Assembly: GCA_039545335.1 (NCBI GenBank)
Contig: BCIN01000004.1
Location: 1,416,925-1,480,924, forward strand
Length of the DNA: 64,000 nt
Origin: Kondoa subrosea
Lineage: Eukaryota
Reading direction: 5' to 3'
Below, one piece after another: positions 24,390 to 36,382 of this stretch. The translations under genes and the position numbers were made by a program. Numbering within the stretch: position 1 is the first letter of the stretch; each line of letters opens with the position of its first letter. The notes under the pieces were generated by a model. It was not told the origin of the DNA. It did not search any database and saw only the letters and a list, made by a program, of their open reading frames with translations.

Positions 24390-26079
24390 ATGCATCTCTC
24401 GTTCGTTGCCTTGTGCAGTTTTCTCTTTCTGTCTGTAGCAGCTACTCTGCAGAGATGTCCTCCCTCTGGCATGCTCGCCACGTATTGGGGCTCTTACACT
24501 GGTGGTCTCAAGGATATCATGTTCAATGATACTGGATTGACAAATTAGTGAGTCTGGCCGTCAGATCCGTCGTGCATCAAGCTCATATGGATCAGCTTCG
24601 TCATTGAAACGACCAAGACTGGTTTCGCCATACCGGGAGATCAAGTCAAATTAGGAGCATTCGTCAAAGAAGCCCGCAAGCACAAAGTCAAGGCTATCGC
24701 GACTGCAAGTCGTATTACTCTCTGCCTTGCAACAACTTAACTAGTCTTCCAGATTGGTGGTTGGACAGGTAGCATCTGGTTTTCAGATCACGCTGCCACT
24801 GGTGCCTCTAGAAAGAAATTTGCCAAAGTACGTTTAAAGCAAAAGGTTCGATCATACTTGACGATTTGGACTTTAGCGAATTGGCGATCTCGTGAAGGAC
24901 TACGACTTAGACGGTGTCGATCTGTGAGTGCTCAATCCACCGAGTGAGGCTTTTTTGACAAAGATTAAGTGACTGGGAATACCCTAATGCCGCTGGAATT
25001 GGTCTCTCTATTCTGCTTGGATGCCTTCTGTGCTAATTCCTGGACATAGGCTGCAACAAGATGAGAAAAGAAGATACCGCCAATTACTTGTTGCTATTGC
25101 AGGCCATTCGTGCTGAAATCGGTTCGAAGAAGATCTTGGCTATCGCCATCAACGGTGGTGGTCTTCTTGATGCCGAAGGTCTACCAATCAAAGACGCATC
25201 GGGTTTCGGAGCTGTCTTGAACTATCTCAGTAAGCTGAATTCGCCTTGACCTGAATCATGCTCAAATCATAGCAGCTTTGATGACATATGACACCTACGG
25301 GAGCTGGTCTGACACTACTGGACCTAACGATCCTCTATACGATACCTGTTCTGATCTCAAGGCCTCTGTAGAAAGCGCCGTCAACTATTTCACTGGAGCT
25401 GGTTTCCCGGCTTGCAAACTTCTCGTTGGAGTTCCTTCGTACTCTTATGCTTTCAACACTAAATCATCTACCTTATCCGTTGTCTCGCCTAACAAGAAGA
25501 AGAGCGGTTTGTACCAGGCTAAAGAGACCAAGATTCCTAAAGGAGATGCAGACGATGTTTATGCAACCACGAAAGATGTTTGCGGCGTCGAAACAACCGG
25601 ATATGGCGGAGGTTGGACATACAGGTCGATGATCTCTGGTGGTATCCTGTCCAAAGATGGCAAGAAGGGTCTGAAAGGCTTTGATCGCTGTAAGTTGTGC
25701 CTTCATTGTCGCTCTGTTGGCGCTCAGACAAAGTGTACAGACTGGGACTCGTGCTCTCAAACGCCTTTGTGTGTATCTTTACCACCTTCTCGGTGCTTTG
25801 CTAACCTGATGCGCAACAAGCCTCTTCAACCCCAAGAGGAAGTACTTCATTGCATATGAAGATTCCGCATCAACTCTAGCTAAAGTCAAGTATGCCAAGT
25901 CGAAAGGTCTTGCAGGAATGTGCGGTACTTCCTCGTCAGCAATTCTTTCCTGTATTAATTTTCGTTTGCATAGCAATGTTTTTGCCAACACCGGATTCAC
26001 GCCTCAAGTCTACCGGGTGGTCAACAGCGCATTGCATGCAAAGAGCAAGCGTTCTTTTCGTCAGGAGGCTGACTTTTAA
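24390..26079 (+). CDS. Secreted glycoside hydrolase family 18 chitinase (many introns)
   Basis: Signal peptide MHLSFVALCSFLFLSVAA; spliced TIGGWTGS; catalytic DGVDLDWEYP split by an intron; MTYDTYGSW; KLLVGVPSY. Confidence 0.93.
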
Positions 26080-26304
26080 ATCGGATTGCGACTTATAGGC
26101 AGGCAGCGAGCAGTAGGTACAGTATGTTATACCATAAGTAATGAAACCCACAGCAAATGCAGATCAGAATACACTCTTCTTTCCTATGAGTTCTTGATAC
26201 ACAATGTTAGTGAGATAGTCTGCAATGAGTTGAAAGAGTTGCTGCACGCAGTCTGATATCCTTGATGCACATCGTGGTGTACATTCTCTCCTCTTGTATG
26301 CCAT

Positions 26305-27357
26305 CTACAACCTACGCACCTCTTCTTCCTTCCAACCCAATTCTCCCAATATCCCTTTAACACCTCTCATCTCTCTTGATCTCGGTCTAGGTCCAGCAAC
26401 AGCTTCCACCATTCCTTCAGGTCCACAAACTATTGCTAAACTCTTTTTTTGACCTTTCTTTCCACCTAACCATCTTTTAACATCCTGAGTATTCATTCGA
26501 CCAATTTTATCAATTCTTTCTTTATCAGAACAGGAAGAAGAAGATGGATGATCGACCAAGTAATGTATTTCAGCTTTCCCCTTGTATTGTGATAAAACTG
26601 AGTCTAATTCTGATCGTAAAAGGATTTGGTCAGGTGAAGTTGAAGCATAGATGATTTTCAGATCTGGTTTAAAGGTAGAAGAAGAAGAAGAAGAAGAGGA
26701 AGAATTGAGGTAATGTAAAAGTTGATAGAATGGAGTGATTCCTGTTCCTCCAGCAATCTAAAAAAGAGAAAGGACGTACCTTAGTTACCCGATACTTCAG
26801 TAGATGAGGAAGGAAGGGGAGCGCACAAAGACGATTTCATCCAATGTTGAATCCATTACCCAAGTTTGTACAGGTCCTCTTACTCTAATTTCATCCCCTA
26901 CATTCTGTCGATGTAAATATTTACTAACTTCTCCATCCGAATAACGTTTGACAACGAGTTCCAATTGACCTTTATTACCAAAACCTTGTACATCAAGAGG
27001 TGTATAAGCTCTTTGGATTGAAATCTCCGGTTGCATAAGATGTATCGATTGAATAGGTACTCCATCATCATCATTGTTGGCTGGTCGTTGGGATTCAGGT
27101 AAATCCAATACAAAAAGAGAAGTATTGTCGTTCAATCTTTCTTTACGAATAAGTTTTAAAGGTGTGAAATAATCAGGTGACAGAGGTAATGGAGAAGCAG
27201 GACTAGAAGTGTAGTACACTGAAGCTGCTAAGCCTGTTCCTGTTAGAAAGAGTAATCCAAATGGCCATCTTTTAGTGACGCGGATCGGAGGAGCAGTGCT
27301 GTAAGTTCGTTTGAAGGGTAATTGTATGACTCTGGTATTGTGGAGCAAGTGTTGCAT
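26305..27357 (-). CDS. Mitochondrial FAD/NADH oxidoreductase, cytochrome b5 reductase / Cyc2-like
   Basis: Presequence and TM; QRAYTP, LVVKRYSDGEVSKYLH, VRGP, IAGGTGITPFYQLL, IVCGPEGMVEAVAG. Confidence 0.9.
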
Positions 27358-27907
27358 GTGCAGCTGCCAGTTGCAGCGTTGATAGGGAAAAGTGAGTCGT
27401 CGACTAGGTCAAAGATAATTATGCTGTCAATAATCGGGTTTTATGCTATGGAGCTACAACACGGCCTTAACTGTGCTTCCTTGTACGCTCTGCAACATCT
27501 GAAGGGCGATAGGGAACATCTTCGCCAAACAAAGCTAGATAGACTTCGGGTGCGAAACCGGCCAAACGTGAGAGCAGAAATCAGTACTTAAGAAGAGATC
27601 ATCGAAGAAGATGATGTAAGAAATTGTGGCTAGTATACCCTTGATTTCAGATCAAGAGAAGAGGGACCGGCGATCGTCGGGGGAAACAGTCATAGCAGAT
27701 ACAGTTGTGGTCAGTGTGACATACCGATAGATTGAAAGCGGAAGAAAGAGGAAAGAAGAGGAATAGAGGGAAGACTGAATTCAGAAGATTGAATCGACAA
27801 CGCAAACTCACTCAATGCCAAACTTGAATGTACAATGCAAAATGTTGATGACGCCTCCTTGCTCTTGCCCTTACTTCCTACTCTTATCCTACTCTCTTGG
27901 TCTACGC

Positions 27908-28219
27908 CTATCCCGCTCCAGGTTCTTTCAACCATCTTCGACTCGATTTCGCTCTAAGTAATTCTTTCTGCTTTCGTATCCTCTGTTCTTCCAATTCCTC
28001 CACCTGATCTTGACCATCATCTGTTCTAGTAGCTTTCCCATCCCTTGCTGGACATGGTAAAAGGGTTCCAAAAGAAACGGTCAAGCAGGCGAAAATGAAA
28101 GCACCATAGAAAGAGTAGTTGGTTAATCGATTTCTGGTAGTGTAGGAAAGTTTTAATGGTGTGGAAGAAGTAGAGAAGTGCCGTCTTGATTGCCTTAACA
28201 GATTTGTAGAGCGTTGCAT
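27908..28219 (-). CDS. Small putative mitochondrial membrane protein (103 aa)
   Basis: Arg/Ser-rich presequence-like N-terminus, one hydrophobic segment, LLPCPA motif, charged tail. Confidence 0.65.
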   Translation of the reverse strand: MQRSTNLLRQSRRHFSTSSTPLKLSYTTRNRLTNYSFYGAFIFACLTVSFGTLLPCPARDGKATRTDDGQDQVEELEEQRIRKQKELLRAKSSRRWLKEPGAG

Positions 28220-28409
28220 TGGATTTTAATGGGTTTCAGCTGTTTATGCAAAGCCCGATCAGCGCGACCATTGTAGAGAAAGTCAGAGCAGACCTACAGT
28301 ATTTACAGTAACATGCAACACATGGATTGGATCCAACTCAAGTAAGTCAATTGTTGTTGCTGGTCAAGCCTGCCATATTTCTTCTTCTCCAGTCAACGAT
28401 GCCTTGAAT

Positions 28410-30485
28410 ATGAACACTAATGGCAGCGGAGTGAGAGCAACAAAGAAGCATGAATCCGCTCCCATCTTAGCCTTAGACTACCCCTTGCCTACATTCACAG
28501 CTATCGAGTATCCAGGTCCAGTCTCAACTTCTGCTGCATCAGTAGAAGCTGCTTTGGACGCTGTTGGTGGTTTGCAGGCATTAAACAAGACTCTAGCTAC
28601 AGATGAAGCAAATAAACGTGTGGTTGAATTGCATTTTGGCGGTGATCCAGAATCGAAAGTAGATGGGTTGCATCCCATACATGGTGAAATCGTACCTACG
28701 CAGAACCTGCTCGTAAAGATCGTCAAGCGGAGGAAAAAGGGAGTGCAAGAAAATGGAGAAGCTACTGTGGTCTTACCTGGAAGTCGAAAAGGTGTTTATA
28801 CAGCTGAAGTCATTGGTTTGGTGAACAAGACTGTGAGGTTTCGCTGTAAATTGAGCACTCATACTCTGTTCTACACCTACTGATCTTCTGACGGCGAAGC
28901 TATGGCCGATTTCCAATTCATTCCAGATCCAACAGATCCAATCTTGCAATTCTCAGAATGCTTACGTAAAATGGATCGTCAGTCTATTTGCTCCTTATCT
29001 TACGTATATCTGGCTGATCAACAAGACATCTCACAGTTGAGGCCATCTCTTCTTTTCGCTTCGAAGCACCTCACGAAACTTTCTCTCCCTCTACATCCGA
29101 AAGTAAACCTTACTCTTCTCTTCCACCTCCAATCTTTTCACGCGCTTCTCTACCAATGCCTTACAATTATCGACCTAATCCTATTTCCGTTCCTACAACC
29201 AGTATCAATCCTTTAACAGGGGAAGAAACTACTCGATTGATATCAAAAGATCGATACAAAGGTTCAGGAATGACTACCATTTCTTTTTATAATAAAGGAA
29301 ATGTTCCTACTTCACCACCAGAACCACCTAGAGTTCCTTTAGATGCAGATAAAAGAGCTATTGCTAATATCATTCAGGTCAGTAGCAATCTTATCCCTCC
29401 TTACCCTTCTCGTTGTGATCCCTCGTCCTAATCAAATGCATATAGCTACTGGAAACTAGACCAGTCTTCACCAAATTCGCACTTGCTCAAGTTCTAGCAC
29501 CGGAAGATGCCAAAAGAGCAGAAACGTTCGTCCCTGCTTTGTTCAATTCTGCGATATGGTTCGCTAAACAGGCAATGCAAATGAACAGAAACAAATATAT
29601 CTACTCTCAATGTGGTTATGCTTTTGCTGAAGGTCCTTTTAAAGAAATGTTGATTCGGTTTGGGTATGATCCTAGAACGGAGGAAGCAAATAGACAGTGC
29701 GTCTTCTTACTACTTCGGATGGATATACGTATTGATTGAGACTGCACAGGTATCAGAGATTAATGATTCGAAATTTAAGCAATTCTCATGGGAAAGTCAA
29801 AGAGCAAAACGTCAATCCTAAGTGAGCTTCATTTCTTTCTAATCCATGTGTCTTGATTGCTAAATGGGAGAGTGTGACAGTGTCAAAGCACATATCTTTG
29901 ATGGCAAGAACGTCGCTCGCAATGTTGGCAATTTCCAATTCTGCGATATCACCGATCCAGCTTTGACGGAACTGCTTGAAAACCCACAATGGTGGACTTC
30001 AGAATGCTCTGTTAGTTTACACTTCCATGCTCTTCTTGCTGAGAAATGGAAACTGATGTACAACCAACAAGGAAAAGGGCGGTTTCTTCTTACCTAACTT
30101 CCTTTCCGGATTTCGGGAATTACTTCGACTCAAATTCCTCAGTGTTGTGAATAACGAAGAAGTAGATGATGATGTTTTCGAAGCTGGTGTATCTCGATTA
30201 CCTTCAGAAGAAGAAGCTGAAGAAGAACGTTTATATTGGTCTAAAGAAATCGCATTGAGAGAAGGAACAGTCGTACCTTTACAAATAGAAGAAGGAGATA
30301 ATGAAGGAGCAGCAGCAGTTCCGAAGAAGAAAGCCAAGACTGTTTTCCCTAAAGCTTCGATCAAGCCAGCTCCGAAGAAAAGAGGAAGACCGAGAAAAAC
30401 TCCGATACCTGAACCTGCAGCGGACATGGATGAGGAAATGCCTTCAGCTGGGGAAAGTAATGGGTCTGGAGCAATGGAGGAATAG
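28410..30485 (+). CDS. TFC1: RNA polymerase III transcription factor TFIIIC tau95 subunit (Tfc1/GTF3C5)
   Basis: AIEYPGPV, HPIHG, KTVRFR/MADFQF, GPFKEMLIRFGYDPR, FQFCDITDP; AT-hook KKRGRPRK in the tail. Confidence 0.9.
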
Positions 30486-30520
30486 ACAAGTGACATGAAA
30501 AGGAAGGATAAATGCATATA

Positions 30521-31410
30521 TCAGTTCGTATGCGCAGTATAAGCTTGCCAGGGTCCTTCTACAAACGCCGACCCTTCATAATGACCATATTGTATATATT
30601 CGTAGTGGCCTCCTCTTCCAGCGTATCTGTAGTAGTTAATTCCATCGCCATAAGGTTCCCACTGCCCGACTGAGCCAGACTTGTCAATTCGCGAAAACAA
30701 AGGGAAGCTAAAGTCAAGCTTACTAGACGAGTGTGATGCAGGAGCCGTAGCCTGGTATCTTGGAAGAGTAGCAGTACTTGCTGTCCTGGTTACACCAGCG
30801 TTGGGGTCTATGGGCACCGTATAGCCATGATCGAAGTTCGGGCGAGCAGTTGCCGTCACAGGAGTAATGGGCGTTCTGATAGTTGTATGAGGAGAATAGG
30901 CAGCGCGCTGCGTAGCGGTAGTATCATAGTGAGCCGATCCTTGCGGAACAGGGTAAGATGGCTGCCAAGGTCCCGACAATCCAGCGTGAGCAGGGGTAAT
31001 TGGACTGGAGACCGAGGCGGAAGAGGTTGCGTAAGTGCGTGATGTAGCTTGCGAGTTAGCAGAATGCTCAGATTGATTATCGTGCTATATAATCGGTAAG
31101 TTATGGATTTAGCGCATGCAAGTCAACGTACTTGATATATACGACTGGCGTCTGAGCTGACTGCAATATAATCTTGAGGTCGATACTTGGTGCAATAATC
31201 CACAACAGCCGCCAAGTAGCGCTTCAGGGTCTCGCCAGTTGAGACATGTTGGAGACTTCCATTAGCGACATTGACCTCATTGCCCAATCCCCTGATGAGT
31301 GGAGCGATAGTCTCATATGTTTCCCGGCCGAAATCTTGAGGATAGCCAGCCCTTGCCCAGATGTAGGCGAAGTCTCGAAGCTCCTTCGCTTGCTCTTGGA
31401 AGGTTTTCAT
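30521..31410 (-). CDS. Orphan two-exon protein (helical N-domain, S/T/P linker, Tyr/Gly/Trp-rich C-domain)
   Basis: ORFs 31123-31410 and 30521-30979 join in frame via a GTACGT..CTAAA..TAG intron (~31085-31131); TATA box upstream. Confidence 0.7.
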
Positions 31411-31533
31411 GAGATATGTTATGCAGACTACGGTCGAGCAGAGGGAGGACTAAATGGAAATGAGACTAGGAAGAGTTGCAAGAATGGAAGATCGACTTGA
31501 CTGATCAAGAACAAGATAGGTAGATGAGAAAGC

Positions 31534-31540
31534 TTTTATA
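31534..31540 (-). promoter_or_regulatory. TATA box (TATAAAA) of the orphan gene starting at 31410
   Basis: Reverse strand reads CTATAAAAG about 125 nt upstream of the ATG, followed by a pyrimidine-rich leader. Confidence 0.55.
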
Positions 31541-31958
31541 GGTGCAGTGCCACCTCGGGCTGAAGGCGTTAACACCGAACTACCCGAGCACAAGGATTTT
31601 TACAATGCCTCAAGCGCTGAAACTATGTTGATAGGCGCGATGAACGCAATTCGCCGATTTGACGATATTCAGAAAAACAATGTTCAGAACTTCGGCCAGG
31701 CAGTGACCATTAGTCAGCCTCGGTAGTAAAGCTGCTTCCCCGAACGTCTGCAAAGCCCCGTACATCAGTGCAAGAAAACAGAGAGAAGAGAACAGTCAAT
31801 CGTAAGTCGGAAGGCGGATGAAGGCACGCCGATTAGATGTCGACGGAAGACTGATTATGCACAAGATTGAGGAAGCATAAAGATCTTGGCGATAGCTGTG
31901 CTTGTAAGTCGAAGTCTGAATGCACCATCCGAGGTTCAATACGCAGAAGCCAACATCT

Positions 31959-32394
31959 CTACGAGTCTGTCTCCATTTTGCCCTTCTTTGCTTCCCTCAG
32001 CGCTTTCTGTGTTCCTTGAACAGCGTATCTGGCGAATATGAGTAGTCATTGAGCGAGTCTTCTAATGGTATAAAAGGCTTGAATGGCATAGCGAACCTCT
32101 GGTTTCTGCGGAACTTTGCGTCAACCTGCGTAGAGGAGTCAGCTTTTTGTTCATCATTGACACATGATGGGAAACGTACACCCTTCAATCCAGCATAACG
32201 CTGCCTCGCAGGTCTCTTGATGCCGTTCCTGTGCGCTTTGGCATTCTAATGTCGACGCAGAGAATCAATGTCTGTCCTTCATCTGTGCTCTGCCACGCCT
32301 GACCTGGTTGTGATTCGTCTGTTTGCCCAAAGATTAGCTGTCAATCGAAATCTGGCATTTCGCCTTGACGAACGTGATTCTTTGACTTGGACAT
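31959..32394 (-). CDS. RPL29: 60S ribosomal protein eL29 (five coding exons plus a 5'UTR intron at 32400-32450)
   Basis: Spliced MSKSKNH/TNHNQ/NAKAHRNGIKRPARQRYAGLKG/VDAKFRRNQR/YAVQGTQKALREAKKG. Confidence 0.95.
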
Positions 32395-32514
32395 ATTGGC
32401 TGTAGGGACAGATTAGCACGTTGGTATAGCCTGTAGCACTCGCAGCTCACCTCCTTGTCTTTGATGAACCTTTTTCTTTCTTCCTCTTGAGAGAAGAGAC
32501 GAAGGTGTTAAGAT

Positions 32515-32550
32515 TAAGTCACATAAAATTTTGTATCACGTGACCCTATT
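32515..32550. promoter_or_regulatory. Candidate ribosomal-protein promoter motif cluster
   Basis: AAGTCACA (Homol-D-like), AAAATTTT (RRPE-like), TCACGTGA (E-box palindrome) and ACCCTA within 35 bp upstream of RPL29. Confidence 0.5.
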
Positions 32551-32586
32551 AAGCCTTGCTACTGCTACTGCTACTGGAAAGCTACG

Positions 32587-35500
32587 CTATCCTTTCAGCT
32601 GCCCGCTCAGTCTCTTCAACAGCTCTTGAATGAGATCTGGATCTGAAGAAGAAAGGTATTGTCTATGAAATGCTTCAGGACCACCATTCATGTTTTGCGC
32701 TTCTTCTAGCTTGCTACTGATCACAACGCGAAGGTTCATAGTATGTACGGGATCTTCTTCTCTCAGCTATCCAAAGCATCAGCCCTATAAACTATCTTCG
32801 CTTTAAGCACACTCACAGCTGTTCTTCGCAATGTATCTGGACTCTCGACAGCTTCGTACTCTCCTTCTCCATCGCTTTGATACGCATCAATCAAAGCATA
32901 AGCCTCTGCATCTCCTGCTTCACTTTCTTCCGTTTCTGCGAGAACACCGGAAAAGATTTGCATAAAGTCGGGTAGTCTCGACAAGATGATTGGATCGTTT
33001 GTGACTATCAGGTTGGCCAAAGCGAGAGCGACAAGCTTCCTTTGAGAAGCAGAACCAATGTTGTCGTGCTAGATGGAGAATTAGATTACCAAAGTCGAGG
33101 ACCTTTCAGCGAAACTAACCAGGTCAACCCATTGACGAAGTAGGAGTTGCATCAGTTCTTCAGGCGTAGTAGAAAGAATCGATGCAGCAGAATTGATCAA
33201 ACCATAGAAAGCATTGACATTGGCAACAACCGTTCTGGCGACTGAAGCCAGATACTTGCTTAGTACTAGAGCCCCGCCCTCTTCATAGGTCAGAGGTAAA
33301 ATGAGTTTTGCAAAACACCCAGATGCTTCAAGATAAGTTGGCCACGTGCTACTTTTCTGTATGACCATGTTGAAAGCATGCAAGATCATTTTGACCGCTT
33401 CAAACTTGAGATCTTGCGCTTGATTCAACATGCCATCGAAGGCCACAAAGATCTCTCTTCCACAGACTTGCAGAACCACATCTCCATCCAATAAAATGTA
33501 GCTTTCTAGTATTTTCAATGCGGGTTGCAATGTATCTGCACCACTTTGAAGCAGAGCAGAAAGATGAGGTAGGAGGTTGACAAGGTCTGGAGAAAGAGAT
33601 GTAGAGAAACGCAGGCAGACACGCCAGAGTTCGATAGCTTCTTCATGCAGGTAAGCGTATTCTGCCTGATTGCATTGTTAGTTGCATGCAAACTTCAAAC
33701 ATTTGAACTCACCGAAGCTGGATCAACTGAGTAAGAGACAAGACTCGCTATTTGAGAATGTATGCTTTGGGATTGCTCTCTAATAGCTTCCGTCAATTTG
33801 GCCATGATGGTCAATAGGGACACCTTGAAGAGAGTCTGTCCTTCTGCAGACGCCCATAGTGCGGGTAGAATGGAGAATAATTGACCAGCATAAGGTAAGA
33901 TCTGTTCCATGTCCTTAGCAAAGATCCGCCATAGCACACTGAGAAAATCACCTGTTTACCAACGGCGCCGATCAATACCCCCATTGTCTGCATCAATCGC
34001 ATTCTACTCTCAATCAAATCAACCTCTTCTAACAATTTGACTAATCCCTTAACGGCGTCATCCAAGAAAGGCACGAAAGCATCTAGTTCAAATCCCCAAG
34101 TATCGGCTTTTCCTAGTGATCTGGCAGCGGAAAGTCGAGTGCCTATACTATTGTTCGATAAAGGCTGTAGGAAATGAGCGAGAGATTGATAGATGAGTGA
34201 GCGTGAGGTTGTAGACACTTCTTCGCTTAGCCATTGACCGAAAAGCCACATGATTCTCGGTCGAAGTAATTGTACGGACCTGTATACATTCACAAAGCAC
34301 AATCAGGTTTGAGTTGGAGAGATAAGCCTGTTAATGGACTGAGGATGATCACCCATAGCTTCCTGTATGAGTATTTCCGAGATCCATCTATCCAGCGGCA
34401 TTTGGACAGCTAAAGCTTCTGTAATATCTGTAGGATTGCGACCCAGTACGCAGTATAGAGCTTCTTTAGTGCGCCAGGCGGCATCATCTTGCGGATCTAG
34501 AAGACGCATGTTAGAGCTTGGCTGCACAGATCCACCGGCAGGCTTACTTCTGATCGACTCGCTCATTAGCATCTTTACAAGACATGGTCCGACGGCAGTT
34601 CGGAATTGACCAATCAGATCGGAAGCGAGTTTCAATCCAGCAGGCTGCCATTCGAAACCTGTGATCAGTTCTCGATCAAGACAAATAAAGTTGCAACTCA
34701 CTCTGAGGTCAAAGTCTTCTCGATCGGATTCTTCTTCGTTCAGGTATTCCTCCGGGTCATTCTCCCATTGTATCAAGTCGTTTTCTCGCATAGGAATGAA
34801 TTGCGTGACAAGCATCGAGACGCAACTTCGAGACCAATCAACCAGTTGAGACAACAGAGCTCCTTCTGCTTCCGTCATTGGTGCTAGGAGATGCTGTTCA
34901 ATTTGAGTCGAAATGGTAAGATATAAGCTTACGATTATCGGTCGAGGGCCATGCCGCTACTATTGTTCGAATCAAGCGGAATGATTGCACCAACAAAGCT
35001 TCTGGGTACATTCCTATCAAGCTATCTGTGCGTTTGGAACCTGGACAATCAGCAAGAATCTGATGTCACTCCCCGCACGCACCCGAGATCTGATCAGAAC
35101 TTGAAGCAGCCTCATTCATGACTTGCCAGTAAGCATCGAAAATAGGTTGAGCTGCACCATCCACATCTTTGACTTGAATGAAGAGTTTACCGAAACTGAG
35201 AACATGTTTGGCAAGCAATTCATGTGTTCGAGCGGACATGAGGGCAAAATCTGAGGATGTTAAGAGATTGAGGCGGAGAGAATGAATTTGGGTGAAATAA
35301 GTGATTGAGCGGAAGTAGAAGTCCTGCATTTCTGTTATCAGCGAGACGGGAAGGTCAGCGAGGAAATCAATCTACTTTGGGTTCAGAATGCTGCTGCATA
35401 TCCATCCATCCGTACTGCAACAAGCTTCGGAGGGTCTTGAAGATCAGCAGGGAAAGTTGCAAGTTCTTGTTGGTTTGATCTATTGAAGTGCCTTTGGTCG

Positions 35501-36274
35501 ACAAGGCACTCGTCCACGTTGAGGTCATCTGTTCGTAAAGCGTTCGTAGCGGTGTGAAGAGAATGGGTCCGATCTTTCAACGATATGATGAAATGATTTT
35601 TCTTTTCCGAGAAGCAGACTGACCTGCTGCATAAGCTTTCTCCCTCGAGGCATACGATTTCCAGTAAGTGCTTCGACTACTTCTTGAATAGCTGATAAGG
35701 AGCGATGCAAGATGAGATCTGCTCGACCTTGTTCTATTTGGCCAGACAGAGACATAGAAATGCTTCCAAGCAGTTCTTGCGGAAGATTTGGCCATTCTGA
35801 GTCGTAATCCATTCGAGATATCTTGCCGATAGAGAGCGTGAGAGTGGAAGCAATCTAAGCAAGACCATGAATACAAATGGTGACAAGCATTATGACGCGA
35901 GGCATACAGTGTTGTTTGGCTCGTCGAGAAGAGACAGCAGTCTCGGCCTAATGATAGCTTTCTGATCACTCTTGATAGCACTTTGGAGCAGAAAACGAGA
36001 ATGAACACAGAAGGACAAAGCAGTGCAGTATGGAAGAGATTCACTTTGACGCAGTCTTTCGCCAATATTTGTCCATACCATTCTTGAAATACAGCGAACT
36101 CTGTATGCGAACAGTCGGATCCAGCTCATTACGCATAGATACCAGCTCGAGTAACGACGCATAGAAGCCATCAGTGGTCTCCCATTCTTTCAATTTGGCT
36201 TCGACAGGTCCTCTGATACTCAGATCAGGATTCAGGGACGAAGCCAAAGCTCCTGCAAGCATTTCGAGTGACAT
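32587..36274 (-). CDS. KAP120: Importin-11 / Kap120 karyopherin (multi-exon)
   Basis: IBN_N: EAKLKEWETTDGFYASLL..VRIQSSLYFKNGMDKYWRK; ISRMDYDSEWPNL; WENDPEEY; LRPRIMWLFGQW; DPVHT near the C-terminus. Confidence 0.9.
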
Positions 36275-36382
36275 GACCACTTCGCGGTTTGAAGTTGACC
36301 AAATTTCTAGAGTTGCAGCGAAACAGCGATACCCGGACCAAGTGTGCTGTACAATACCTGTGCATTCTATATATTACCCAAT

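Noticed and set aside
32587..36274. KAP95, another P/R-locus marker
   Set aside because: Motifs (FKNGMDKYWRK, DPVHT) fit importin-11/Kap120, not importin-beta1.
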